DNA of 64,000 nucleotides from Flavobacteriales bacterium (GTDB lineage: Bacteria > Bacteroidota > Bacteroidia > Palsa-965): assembly GCA_040377305.1 (NCBI GenBank), contig JBEIPA010000016.1:32001-96000 (forward strand), read 5' to 3'. A program made the position numbers and the translations under genes. Positions 1 through 10,035 of this stretch are shown piece by piece. The notes beneath the pieces are model-generated. The model was not told the origin of the DNA, ran no database searches, and saw only the letters and a program-made list of their open reading frames with translations. Numbering within the stretch: position 1 is the first letter of the stretch; every line of letters starts with the position of its first letter.

Positions 1-28
1 ACTTTTGATCACCAAATTGTGGTAGCGT

Positions 29-748
29 ATGATCCGACTAAGTGTAAACGTGAATAAGATTGCAACATTGCGTAACGCGCGAGGTGGTAATACGCCCGAT
101 GTCTTGAAGGCTGCGTTAGATATTGAGCGGTTTGGAGCCGATGGAATAACAGTTCATCCCCGTCCCGACGAACGCCACATCCGATACTCAGATGTTAAAA
201 CCATGCGTCCCTTGTTGAAAACAGAATTCAACATTGAAGGCAATCCGCGTGAGCGAAAATTCCTCGATCTGGTATTTTCCACCAGGCCCGACCAGGTAAC
301 GCTGGTGCCTGATGCCACAAATCAGTTGACTTCTGACCACGGCTGGGACACTATTGCGAACCGCGATTACCTGAAAGAGATCATTGCGGAGTTCAAGAGC
401 AAAGGAATTCGCACTTCTATTTTTGTAGATCCTGTGCCTGCAATGGTGAAGGGTGCGGCAATGACTGGTACTGACCGTATTGAGCTTTACACAGAACTTT
501 ACGCAGCGAACTACAAACAGAATCGTGTAGAAGCTGTTTCATTGTACTCTGAAGCAGCGGCTATTGCCAACCAGAACAATATTGGAGTAAATGCCGGTCA
601 CGATCTGAGCTTAGAGAATCTGAAATTCTTCGTCGACAATGTTCCCGGTCTCAAAGAAGTTTCCATTGGACACGCTTTGATTTCGGATGCACTTTACTTC
701 GGACTTGAGAACACCGTGCAGATGTACAAACGATTGCTGTCCGTATGA
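29..748 (+). CDS. pdxJ: Pyridoxine 5'-phosphate synthase
   Basis: [35 protein letters not shown] and EVSIGHALI motifs. Confidence 0.96.
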   Translation: MIRLSVNVNKIATLRNARGGNTPDVLKAALDIERFGADGITVHPRPDERHIRYSDVKTMRPLLKTEFNIEGNPRERKFLDLVFSTRPDQVTLVPDATNQLTSDHGWDTIANRDYLKEIIAEFKSKGIRTSIFVDPVPAMVKGAAMTGTDRIELYTELYAANYKQNRVEAVSLYSEAAAIANQNNIGVNAGHDLSLENLKFFVDNVPGLKEVSIGHALISDALYFGLENTVQMYKRLLSV

Positions 749-1539
749 AGTTGTTTCATAGAAAATCGGGTACTGGTCGCCCACTGATTATCCTTCACGG
801 CTTATTCGGTATTTCCGACAATTGGGCAGCACTTGCAAAATTGTGGTCGCAATACTTTACGGTGTACGCCGTTGATCTTCGGAATCACGGACAGTCGCCG
901 CACAGTGACGAATGGAATTATACGGCAATGGCAGAAGACATCATCGAATTAATGGGTGATGAAAAACTGAACGATGTGATTCTGCTCGGACATTCCATGG
1001 GTGGAAAAGTGGGAATGCGTCTGGCGATTGATTATCCGACTTCGCTTTCTAAATTGATCGTGGTTGATATTGCACCGCGACAATCGTTGCCGAATAATTC
1101 GGAAGTCGTTCGCGCACTGGAGCAAGTTGATCTGAACAAAATCAATTCGCGCAAAGGTGCTGAAGAAATTCTTCGTCCACTTTTGCACGAAGAAGGCACG
1201 ATTCAATTTCTGCTGAAGAATCTTTTCTGGTCCGAAGGACCGCGTACGGGAAAAGAACAGGCTGACGGAGAAAAAAGTCTTCAGTGGCGTTTTAATCTGG
1301 ATGTGATCAGCAAAAACCTCGATGAAGTTTACGCCGCTACATTACCCGATCCGGTTTGTGAAACGGAAACTTTGTTCATTCGCGGAAGTAAATCGCAGTA
1401 CATCATGCCAGAAGATGAAGCGAGTATAACGCGCATGTTTCCGAACTCCAGCGTCGTAACAATTGAAGACGCAGGACATTGGGTTCACGCCGATCAGCCG
1501 TTTCCGGTGTATGAGGCGGTAATGAAATTCGCGCTTTAA
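745..1539 (+). CDS. Alpha/beta fold hydrolase (YbfF-like esterase)
   Basis: LHGLFG, DLRNHG, GHSMGG nucleophile elbow, AGHWVH. Confidence 0.9.
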   Translation: MKLFHRKSGTGRPLIILHGLFGISDNWAALAKLWSQYFTVYAVDLRNHGQSPHSDEWNYTAMAEDIIELMGDEKLNDVILLGHSMGGKVGMRLAIDYPTSLSKLIVVDIAPRQSLPNNSEVVRALEQVDLNKINSRKGAEEILRPLLHEEGTIQFLLKNLFWSEGPRTGKEQADGEKSLQWRFNLDVISKNLDEVYAATLPDPVCETETLFIRGSKSQYIMPEDEASITRMFPNSSVVTIEDAGHWVHADQPFPVYEAVMKFAL

Positions 1540-1560
1540 CAGCAGTCTCAGATTGCCATA

Positions 1561-1713
1561 ATTCAACCCCTTCAGGGTTGGTTGATGTAGATACTTTTTC
1601 CAGTTACCGTAATTGAAGTCTTTCAGACTTCTGTGTATATGACAACTCCGGAGGAGTTCAATTACGGTAACTGGAAAAATCGTGCGCGAGGTACAACCCT
1701 GAAGGGGTTGAAT
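1561..1713. repeat. Nested inverted repeat, REP-doublet-like element
   Basis: Perfect 20-bp IR 1561-1580/1694-1713 and perfect 23-bp IR 1595-1617/1657-1679. Confidence 0.85.
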
Positions 1714-1785
1714 AATGACCGTCGATCTGTCTTCACTTTTACTGCATACTTCTTCGTAACTTCGCGGTCTAAATTATTTCACACA

Positions 1786-2244
1786 ATGACAACAGCTGAA
1801 ATTCATACCAACAAAGGCATTCTTAAAGTAGAGTTTTTCCCTGCGGACGCTCCCGGTCACGTAAAAAACTTTATTGATCTCGCGAAGAAAGGATTTTATG
1901 ACGGACTGAAATGGCACCGCGTAATTCCAGGATTTGTAATTCAGGGCGGATGTCCAAACTCACGCGATGGCGCTTCTGGAATTCCCGGAACAGGCGGACC
2001 AGGATATAAAATTCCTTGCGAGTTGAACGGAGAAAACCAACATCATGACAAAGGCGTTTTATCTATGGCGCATGCAGGCCCAAACACCGGCGGATCACAA
2101 TTCTTCGTTGTGTTGAGCCGTCAGCAAACTGCACATTTGGATCGTCGTCACACATGCTTCGGCAAAGTGACAGAAGGTCTCGACATCCTTGACACAATCA
2201 AACAAGGTGATTCGATCGACAAGATTGTAGTGAACGAAAATTAG
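1786..2244 (+). CDS. Cyclophilin-type peptidyl-prolyl cis-trans isomerase
   Basis: FYDGLKWHRVIPGFVIQGG, SMAHAGPNTGGSQFF; start moved to ATG 1786 because the upstream extension runs through the palindrome. Confidence 0.93.
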   Translation: MTTAEIHTNKGILKVEFFPADAPGHVKNFIDLAKKGFYDGLKWHRVIPGFVIQGGCPNSRDGASGIPGTGGPGYKIPCELNGENQHHDKGVLSMAHAGPNTGGSQFFVVLSRQQTAHLDRRHTCFGKVTEGLDILDTIKQGDSIDKIVVNEN

Positions 2245-2285
2245 AATACCGTTCGTCATTGACAATTACCTTAAGTAATTCGCAC

Positions 2286-2316
2286 AGCCCGATTGATCGC
2301 TCAATCGGGCTTTTTC
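2286..2316 (+). terminator. Rho-independent terminator
   Basis: agcccgattga-tcgc-tcaatcgggct followed by T run. Confidence 0.8.
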
Positions 2317-2343
2317 GTTGGTTTTCTCGTTATACTTGTAGAT

Positions 2344-3315
2344 ATGGAAGTGAATTACCCATCCCCGCAGGATGCTCCTCAACAACCTGCGCCACTCAAC
2401 AGTGAATTTTTACAACGCGGACGAATCGAAGGGAAAAACGATTGGTGGAGATATACGCTTGGCATTGTGATTTCCATGGCGGGATATTTTCTCTTCTCGG
2501 TTCCGGTATTGCTCATCATGATGAAAGGTGTTGCTCAGCTGGGAATCACTGATCCCGAAGAAATGACCAAAGCGATGACCAATCCGAAAGTACTCGGAAT
2601 CGATACGAATCTGTTCCTGATTTTACTCTTGCTTGGATATGTTGGTGGTATGATCGGTTTATACCTTGCAGTTCGCTATTTACACAACAAGCCATTCGTT
2701 AGTATCATCACCGCAGCAACACGCATCAGATGGAAACGCTTTACCGGTGCTGCAATCGCATGGTTTATTTTCTCGTGCATCTGTATTTTCATTGCGTGGG
2801 TGATTGATCCGGCGAATCTCCAGTTCACATTCAACCTGAAACCGTTTCTCATCACAGTGGCTATTGCAATTCTCTTTTTGCCTGCACAAACCTGGTGGGA
2901 GGAGTTCTTGTTGCGAGGTTATCTGATGCAAGGAATTGCCCAAACTACAAAGACTGCACTCATTCCAATTCTAGCCACGTCGCTGATTTTCGGATTGCTG
3001 CACTCAGGCAATCCTGAAGTTGCCGCGTACGGTTTCTGGTATTCAATGCCGATGTACATTCTTCCGGGCTTGCTTTTTGCCATGATCGCTGTGATGGATG
3101 GAGGTCTCGAGATTCCGATGGGATTTCACTTCGCCAATAATCTGTTCGGAACAATTGCTGTCACCAACGATGTTAGCGCGATTCAGGCTTCAACGATTTT
3201 CAGACAGATCAATCCCGATCAACTGATAGATCTGTTATCGCTCATTCAATATCCCCTATTCCTTTTGTTGTTCTGGATGATCTACAAATGGGATTTCAAA
3301 AAACTTTACAAGTAA
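2344..3315 (+). CDS. CPBP (CAAX/Abi) family intramembrane metalloprotease
   Basis: EEFLLRG, FGLLH, HFANN motifs; many TM segments. Confidence 0.9.
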   Translation: MEVNYPSPQDAPQQPAPLNSEFLQRGRIEGKNDWWRYTLGIVISMAGYFLFSVPVLLIMMKGVAQLGITDPEEMTKAMTNPKVLGIDTNLFLILLLLGYVGGMIGLYLAVRYLHNKPFVSIITAATRIRWKRFTGAAIAWFIFSCICIFIAWVIDPANLQFTFNLKPFLITVAIAILFLPAQTWWEEFLLRGYLMQGIAQTTKTALIPILATSLIFGLLHSGNPEVAAYGFWYSMPMYILPGLLFAMIAVMDGGLEIPMGFHFANNLFGTIAVTNDVSAIQASTIFRQINPDQLIDLLSLIQYPLFLLLFWMIYKWDFKKLYK

Positions 3316-3318
3316 AGC

Positions 3319-5160
3319 ATGCGTCACATACTTCTCTCCCTATCCGTTTTTGTTGTCGCAATACTCAATGCGCAACAGAACAGCACGTATCAGTTCTCGT
3401 TGGATCTCACCAAAGTGCACAACGATCTGCTGACGGTTGAATTGATTACACCGAAAATTGCCTCCGACAGTGTGGTGTACAGCTTGCCGGCAATTGTTCC
3501 CGGCACTTACAAGGTGTACAACTTCGGTCGTTTCACCAGTGAGTTCAAAGCATTCGACAAAGCCGGAAAAGAGCTTGAAGTCCTTCGGTTGAACGCAAAC
3601 TCTTGGAGCATTCACAAAGCACAGGAACTTTTCAAAATTTCTTACGATGTGGAAGATTGCTGGGACACCAAACAGAAAAATAATTTCGTGTTTGAACCTG
3701 CAGGGTCGAATATTGAGGATTCCAACTTCGTTCTGAACAATCATTGTTTCTTCGGTTACTTCGATAACATGAAGAAAGTAGAATACCGTGTAAACATCAC
3801 GCATCCACAGCAAATGTTTGGTGCAACCGGTTTAAACAATGTTGTGCGTGAAGGAAATGTCGACAAGTACACGATCTCCAACTACAACGATCTCGTAGAC
3901 GGTCCAATCATGTATTGCCGTCCCGACACAACACATCTGAACATTGGTGGAAGCGATATTCTTATCTCCGTGTATTCTCCGCGCAAAATGGTTTCCTCCA
4001 AATTCGTTGGCGATAGTCTCGAAGGAATTCTCCACGCACAAGCCGAATATCTCGGTGGAACTTTGCCCGTGAAGAACTATGCATTCATTATTTATCTCAC
4101 TGCAAATTCACGCGGATTCAATTCCGGATCATACGGTGCACTGGAACACTCCTACTCGTCTATGTACACATTGATTGAGCAGAATCCTTCACTCATTGCA
4201 CAAACCATCAAAGACGTTGCTGCACACGAGTTTTTTCACATCGTTACTCCGTTGAACATTCACTCGTATGAAATTGGTGAATTCGATTACAACACTCCCG
4301 CAATGTCTCAGCATCTGTGGATGTACGAAGGGCTCACCGAATATTCTGCACATCACGTTCAGGTAAAAAACGGGAGTCAGTCCATGGAAGATTTCTTCGC
4401 AATTATGTCGGAGAAAATTTCGCGAGCACAGCAATTCGACGATGAGCTTTCATTCACGGAGATGAGCAAGAATTGTCTCGGTAAAACCGAAGATCAGTAT
4501 CTGAATGTTTACCAGAAAGGTGCGCTCATTGCCATGTGTCTGGATCTTAAGTTGCGTCATCTTTCCGGTGGAGCTTACGGTACACAAGAACTCATGCGTG
4601 ACCTCGCGAAGAAATACGGAAAAGACCGTTCGTTCACTGATGATTCTTTATTCAGCGATATTGTGAAACTCACGTATCCTGAAATCGGAATTTTCCTCGA
4701 CAAGCACGTGAAAGGCGGAGAACCACTCCCTTTTACAGAATGTCTCGCTTATGCAGGATGTGAATATGCGCGCAAGAAAACAATCACAACTTTCGATCCG
4801 CTTGGTGGCTACGGATGGTTTGTCGACAGCACAAATCGCGTTGTCCTTTACCCCAATGAGCCGACGGAATTCGGCAAAGACATGGGTTACATGAAAGGTG
4901 ATGTGCTGTTATCGATCAACGGTAAGAAAATCAAATCTGCAACAGCTGCAGAGCAAATCGCGACCATTGAAACCACACTGAAAGAAGGTTCGAAGGTTAA
5001 GGTGAAAGTTCTTCGTAAGACCAGTCAGGGTAAAGAAGTAACTCAAGAGCTCAGTGCAGATATGCGACCAACGACGAAGGTGGTTCGGAATTATATTGGA
5101 CCGATGGAGAAAGCGACGCCGGAGCAATTGAAGATCAGAAAATCGTGGATAAATAAATAG
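3319..5160 (+). CDS. M61 family glycyl aminopeptidase with C-terminal PDZ-like domain
   Basis: Signal peptide, GALEH, AAHEFFH, LWMYEGLTEY, YQKG, GDVLLSING. Confidence 0.9.
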   Translation: MRHILLSLSVFVVAILNAQQNSTYQFSLDLTKVHNDLLTVELITPKIASDSVVYSLPAIVPGTYKVYNFGRFTSEFKAFDKAGKELEVLRLNANSWSIHKAQELFKISYDVEDCWDTKQKNNFVFEPAGSNIEDSNFVLNNHCFFGYFDNMKKVEYRVNITHPQQMFGATGLNNVVREGNVDKYTISNYNDLVDGPIMYCRPDTTHLNIGGSDILISVYSPRKMVSSKFVGDSLEGILHAQAEYLGGTLPVKNYAFIIYLTANSRGFNSGSYGALEHSYSSMYTLIEQNPSLIAQTIKDVAAHEFFHIVTPLNIHSYEIGEFDYNTPAMSQHLWMYEGLTEYSAHHVQVKNGSQSMEDFFAIMSEKISRAQQFDDELSFTEMSKNCLGKTEDQYLNVYQKGALIAMCLDLKLRHLSGGAYGTQELMRDLAKKYGKDRSFTDDSLFSDIVKLTYPEIGIFLDKHVKGGEPLPFTECLAYAGCEYARKKTITTFDPLGGYGWFVDSTNRVVLYPNEPTEFGKDMGYMKGDVLLSINGKKIKSATAAEQIATIETTLKEGSKVKVKVLRKTSQGKEVTQELSADMRPTTKVVRNYIGPMEKATPEQLKIRKSWINK

Positions 5161-5163
5161 ATC

Positions 5164-5232
5164 GGAGTTGGGAGATGGGAGTCGGGCGATCGTTTATGAC
5201 TGCCGACTGCCAGACTGCCCGACTGCCTACTG
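5164..5232. repeat. Heptamer-periodic repeat with mirror arm
   Basis: ggagttg/ggagatg/ggagtcg then gactgcc x4. Confidence 0.7.
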
Positions 5233-5236
5233 AAAC

Positions 5237-6301
5237 ATGAGTGCAGCACTTCCATCCGAAAATTTTTCCTTCAAGAACTACTACTGGTGGTTTCAGGCGG
5301 GCGGTTGGACTTTATTCTTAACGGTTAATGCAGCTGTGCTTTTTATCAGCAACAAGTTAACCACACCACTCATCTACTGGTTGATCGTTGCCTGGTTTGC
5401 GTGTACGGCGCTAACCGAATTTCTACGGTTTATTGTAATTCGCTTTCATTGGTTGAAACTAGAGAGTATTCAGGCCGTGCCGCGGGTGCTTATACTGGTT
5501 GTTGTGATGAGCATAACGATGGCATCTCTTTCTTCACTTTATCAGATGTACGTATCAAATACAGGCACAGTCCTTTTCGATATAGGTACATGGATTACAG
5601 AGATCATCAGCTATAGCCTTGCTTTCATTATCTGGAGCATCATGTACTTCCTGATCAACACCGTAGAAAATTTCCGTAAAGCAGAAATCGAAAATCTTCG
5701 TTGGCAGGCGCTTCGCACGGAAACGGAATTGAATCGACTGAAGTCGCAGCTGAATCCGCACTTCATGTTTAATGCCATGAATGTGATTCGTGCGCTGGTA
5801 GATGAAAATCCCGTTCGCTCGAAGGACGCAATTACACAGCTCTCGGGTTTGTTACGCAACACCTTGCAGTTCGGAAAGCACAAGTACATTTCGCTTGGGC
5901 AAGAGCTGGAAGTGGTGCGCGATTACCTTTCACTGGAATCTGCACGTATGGAAGAACGACTGCGCATTAAGTGGGAAATTGATCCGAATTCGGAAGCGTT
6001 TGAAGTTCCTCCCTTGATGTTGCAAACGCTTGTGGAAAATTGTATCAAACACGGAATCTCGAAATTGCCTGAGGGCGGCACCGTTTTGATCAAGACTTCG
6101 CTGAATGAAAAAGGATTGAACATTTTTCTCGAGAACAGTGGCAAGTACGATGCATCACTTAAACCTGAAAGCGGATTTGGTTTGAAGAATTCACTGGAGC
6201 GATTGGAGCTACTTTACGAGAATGCGACACTTACAATTAAAAATTCAGGTAACAATTCTGTCGTTACCGAAGTATTCATACCTAAAACGCGAAAATCATG
6301 A
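5237..6301 (+). CDS. LytS/YehU family sensor histidine kinase
   Basis: Four TM segments, LKSQLNPHFMFN, LQTLVENCIKHG, GFGLKN. Confidence 0.92.
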   Translation: MSAALPSENFSFKNYYWWFQAGGWTLFLTVNAAVLFISNKLTTPLIYWLIVAWFACTALTEFLRFIVIRFHWLKLESIQAVPRVLILVVVMSITMASLSSLYQMYVSNTGTVLFDIGTWITEIISYSLAFIIWSIMYFLINTVENFRKAEIENLRWQALRTETELNRLKSQLNPHFMFNAMNVIRALVDENPVRSKDAITQLSGLLRNTLQFGKHKYISLGQELEVVRDYLSLESARMEERLRIKWEIDPNSEAFEVPPLMLQTLVENCIKHGISKLPEGGTVLIKTSLNEKGLNIFLENSGKYDASLKPESGFGLKNSLERLELLYENATLTIKNSGNNSVVTEVFIPKTRKS

Positions 6302-7017
6302 GAGCTGTTATTGCAGATGATGAACGCTTGGCGAGACAAGAATTGAAGTCCATGCTCGCAACGTATCCCGGAATTGAAATTGTCGGAGAATGCGCCGACG
6401 CGAAGTCAGCGATTGACACCATCAACGAATTAAAACCTGATGTTGTATTTCTCGACATTCAGATGCCGGGAAAAACCGGATTCGACGTCCTTGAGGAAGT
6501 TACATTCGTTCCCGAAGTAATTTTCGTAACCGCACACGACGAGTTCGCTCTGAAAGCATTTGAAGTAAATGCGCTCGACTATCTGCTGAAGCCCGTTCAG
6601 GGTGCGCGATTGTCTGACGCCATCAAGAAAGTTGGAGACCGTCTGCGGGATAAGGAATCTGCTCCTGAAAAAACAAACGTGCTCGGTGAAAACGACCAGG
6701 TGTTTGTAAAGGACGGGGAGAAATGCTGGTTCGTGAAGCTTGGCGATGTGCGCTTATTCGAATCAGAAGGCAACTACGTGCGTTTGTTTTTCGGAACACA
6801 GCGTCCGCTCATTCTTCGTTCGCTGAACTATCTCGACGAGCGCTTGAACAACAAAATATTCTTCCGCGCGAGCAGAAAACACATCATCAATCTCCAGTGG
6901 GTCGACAATATCGAAAGCTGGTTCAACGGTGGATTGCTCGTGAAACTTAAAGGAGGAGAATCAGTAGAAATCTCGCGCAGACAGGCAGTGAAGCTGAAAG
7001 AAATGATGAGTCTGTAG
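6298..7017 (+). CDS. LytTR family response regulator
   Basis: ADDE, FLDIQMP, DYLLKP receiver; LytTR-type C-terminus (FFRASRKHIINL). Confidence 0.93.
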   Translation: MRAVIADDERLARQELKSMLATYPGIEIVGECADAKSAIDTINELKPDVVFLDIQMPGKTGFDVLEEVTFVPEVIFVTAHDEFALKAFEVNALDYLLKPVQGARLSDAIKKVGDRLRDKESAPEKTNVLGENDQVFVKDGEKCWFVKLGDVRLFESEGNYVRLFFGTQRPLILRSLNYLDERLNNKIFFRASRKHIINLQWVDNIESWFNGGLLVKLKGGESVEISRRQAVKLKEMMSL

Positions 7018-7643
7018 TGCAAGAAATTACCTGGAAAGAATTTTGGCTTCTACCGAAAAGCAAAACCTACTTGTGGATTGCAATCGGTGCATTTCTGGTT
7101 ATGTTCGCAACTGTGCAATCTACGCTTGCGTATGTTGAGCACAGACCCGGATATGTCATCGAAGATTGGTCACGTTCATTTCTCGGAAAGCCCAGAAACT
7201 TTTCCGTTGCCATTTTTGCCATCACCTATTTCGCGATGGTGTATGCAATCTGGACGAATGTAAAGCGCCCAAAGGTTTTTCTGCACATGTTCATTACGTA
7301 CGCAATCATGCAACTCTCGAAGTGTATTGTATTGCTGATTGTTCCGCTTGATCCGCCAACAGACATCCTTCCCCTCAGTGATCCGATTCTCGAAACACTT
7401 TTCTACGGTGGGCATGTTAACCTGAAAGATCTCTTATTCTCAGGTCACGTTGCAACGGTATGCATAGCCGGAATCTATGCTCGCGGACATTTTATGAAGA
7501 TTACCTTCTTCATGCTGGCCATCATTCTTGGATTTCTGATGGCGCAACAACGCGTTCACTACATTGTTGACGCAGTTGCCGCTCCGGTCTTTGTTTGGAT
7601 CGCCTTTCGATTGTCGTCGCTGATCGCCAAATCCTCCTCATAA
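7017..7643 (+). CDS. PAP2-related / sphingomyelin synthase-like membrane protein
   Basis: DLLFSGHV and RVHYIVD motifs, hydrophobic; GTG start overlaps upstream stop. Confidence 0.7.
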   Translation: MQEITWKEFWLLPKSKTYLWIAIGAFLVMFATVQSTLAYVEHRPGYVIEDWSRSFLGKPRNFSVAIFAITYFAMVYAIWTNVKRPKVFLHMFITYAIMQLSKCIVLLIVPLDPPTDILPLSDPILETLFYGGHVNLKDLLFSGHVATVCIAGIYARGHFMKITFFMLAIILGFLMAQQRVHYIVDAVAAPVFVWIAFRLSSLIAKSSS

Positions 7644-7823
7644 TCCGGATTCTGATCAGGACTCCACTCCGCTTCAATCGGAAGGAAATCAGCGATCAAA
7701 ATAAGTCCGGCTACGCATAGAAGAACGGGGATTACATATTCTGTGTGCATCTTGTCTTTGTTTGCACAAAAATCAGCAGGCTAGATTACCTGATTCTTAC
7801 CAGAATATGAAGTGATGAAAATC

Positions 7824-8405
7824 TTATTGCGAAAGGTGGAGAGCGCAAGCCTTTTCCAGTTCCGAAAAAAACTCATCAAAGTCACGCGCATACTCGTCAT
7901 AATGCTCGCGCAAAGCGTCCGCCCCATGCTCCATTCCCGATTGATACGGTGTTCTTCGCGACATTCCCAGCATGACTTCGCCGATCCCTTCCACATGAGC
8001 ATACGCACACAGCCAATTGTACATACGCATGTACTTGAGAAAGTGCTTTGATTTCTCAGGGAAAATTGCACTTTCAGCCTGCAGTTTGTCGTAAATCCCC
8101 AGTGCATAGTCCTCCAGTGAAACGGCACTGTATCTGTTCCAGTTCTTCGCCAGAAAATGGTCGAAAAAGACGTCAACCACCACCGGTGCATAATGGTGAA
8201 AACGAGGCCGGAGTCTCTGTTTGGTTCGTTCGGTAATCGGATGCGTATCTGTGAAATAGTCGATAAACCGATGCATTAGAATGCCTTTTTGCACTTCAGG
8301 AGGGTATTCGCGGTGCTTTTGCCCCTTCACGGAGTCGGCAATGAAGTTTCCCAACAATAATCCGGTATCGTTGCCCGACAAATAGAAATGCGCGAGATAA
8401 TTCAC
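7824..8405 (-). CDS. ACP phosphodiesterase (DUF479/AcpH family)
   Basis: MNYLAHFYLS, GNFIADSVKG, HRFIDYFTD, DVFFDHFLA. Confidence 0.9.
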   Translation of the reverse strand: MNYLAHFYLSGNDTGLLLGNFIADSVKGQKHREYPPEVQKGILMHRFIDYFTDTHPITERTKQRLRPRFHHYAPVVVDVFFDHFLAKNWNRYSAVSLEDYALGIYDKLQAESAIFPEKSKHFLKYMRMYNWLCAYAHVEGIGEVMLGMSRRTPYQSGMEHGADALREHYDEYARDFDEFFSELEKACALHLSQ

Positions 8406-8518
8406 AAAGCAAAGGTATGAGGAACGAGGAATGAGGACGGGGGAATAAGGATTCTATTCCTCTGAATCACTGAAAACGGCAAGTATCCCCATTCCTTATG
8501 CCCCATGCCTTTCTTTCA

Positions 8519-8526
8519 TAACTTTG
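8519..8526 (+). promoter_or_regulatory. Bacteroidota -7 promoter box
   Basis: TAACTTTG matches TAnnTTTG just upstream of the TolC gene; similar boxes at 12136, 17707, 26195, 27136, 41857, 49385, 58913. Confidence 0.6.
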
Positions 8527-8537
8527 TGCACCCATTT

Positions 8538-10025
8538 ATGACTATGAAACGCTGCCTGTTTGTTCTAACATTTTCCTTTGTCGCCTGTTTCGTTAACGCA
8601 CAAATGTATCAGGCCGGTGGACCATTTGCACCGGTTGTTGAAGACAGCACTGTGTTGTGGCCCAAAGACAATGCGCAACCCTGGACTTTGCAGGAGTGTA
8701 TTGCATACGCACAAGTGCACAACATTCAGGTGCAACTCGATCAGCTCAATGTTCGCATGAGTCAAACGAACCTGACTGCTTCCAAAGGAAACATGTTGCC
8801 GAATCTGAACGGATATGCATCGCATACGTATAACTACGGACAAACGATCGATCGATTCACGAATACGTTTGTGAATGATCGCGTACTGAACCAGAATTTC
8901 TATTTATCAAGCACATTCACGGTGTTCAGTGGTTTTTCGAATTACAACACCGTTCAGCAAAATAAATTCGCACTACAAGCGAGTGAGTTTGGCGTAGAAC
9001 AAACGCGGTACGACATCGGAATGAATGTTGCGAATGCCTATCTCAATATTCTATTTGCCGAAGACCAGGTTGAGATTGCGAAGAAACAGCAAACGCTAAC
9101 CAATTCTCAGGTTGAACGTATGCAGAAGATGGTTGATGCAGGAGCTTCTGCTCGCGGCCCTCTACTCGATTTGCAGACACAACTTGCCAATGAAAAAGTA
9201 ACATTGATTACTGCTGAGAATAATCTCACGATTGCAATGCTCACGTTGACGCAGTTGATGAATCTGGACACAACGGCCGGATTCAAAATCGTCCGCCCGA
9301 ATCTGGAAGTTCCGAATGAAGCGGTACTTGTTGAAACTGCGGATCAGATCTACACCACAGCGGAGAACAATCAACCGGCGATTAAACAAGCCGACGCAAA
9401 CATCATGAGTGCAGAAAAAGGTGTTGATGTTGCTTACGGTGGATTAAGTCCTACGTTGACTTTGCAAGGTTCATTGGGAACGGGATATTCGGGAGCTGCG
9501 CAAAGTGTTGCTGCCAATCAGAACGGAGTCGATACAGTCGGTATTACAACCGGCGGTGAGTTCGTACTTGTACCGGGCTTCGACTACAACTATTCTACGG
9601 TTCCGTTTTCTGATCAACTTGGCAATAACTTCAACCAGAGTTTCGGGATTCAGTTGTCCGTACCGATTTTCAATCGCCTGCAGGTAAATTCCAACATTCA
9701 GCGTGCGAAAATTCAACACATGAATGCCCAGTTGACTGCAGATCTTGCACGACAAAACCTGAACAAGAACATTCAGCAGGCACACGCGGATGCTAAAGCT
9801 TCATTGGAAAAATACCACGCACAACAAGCCGCACTGGCTGCCGCAGAAGAATCGTTCCGTTACACTGAAGGGCGTTTTAACGTTGGTGATGTAAATGCAA
9901 TCGATTACACCACTTCAAAAAATCGTTTGGCTCAGGCTGAAGCCAATTTACTGCAGTCAAAATATGATTACATCTTCCGCCTGAAGGTGCTTGACTATTA
10001 CAAAGGAAATCCACTCACATTCTGA
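8538..10025 (+). CDS. TolC family outer membrane protein
   Basis: WTLQECIAYA, LSVPIFN, C-terminal LDYYKG; start 8538 or 8544. Confidence 0.9.
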   Translation: MTMKRCLFVLTFSFVACFVNAQMYQAGGPFAPVVEDSTVLWPKDNAQPWTLQECIAYAQVHNIQVQLDQLNVRMSQTNLTASKGNMLPNLNGYASHTYNYGQTIDRFTNTFVNDRVLNQNFYLSSTFTVFSGFSNYNTVQQNKFALQASEFGVEQTRYDIGMNVANAYLNILFAEDQVEIAKKQQTLTNSQVERMQKMVDAGASARGPLLDLQTQLANEKVTLITAENNLTIAMLTLTQLMNLDTTAGFKIVRPNLEVPNEAVLVETADQIYTTAENNQPAIKQADANIMSAEKGVDVAYGGLSPTLTLQGSLGTGYSGAAQSVAANQNGVDTVGITTGGEFVLVPGFDYNYSTVPFSDQLGNNFNQSFGIQLSVPIFNRLQVNSNIQRAKIQHMNAQLTADLARQNLNKNIQQAHADAKASLEKYHAQQAALAAAEESFRYTEGRFNVGDVNAIDYTTSKNRLAQAEANLLQSKYDYIFRLKVLDYYKGNPLTF

Positions 10026-10035
10026 TAATTGCTCT

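Noticed and set aside
1633-1785. N-terminal extension of the cyclophilin
   Set aside because: It runs through the palindromic element; the family-like sequence starts at 1786.
2344-3315. Abi-type phage defence role for the CPBP proteins
   Set aside because: The Abi label of this family does not imply abortive infection, and the context is housekeeping.
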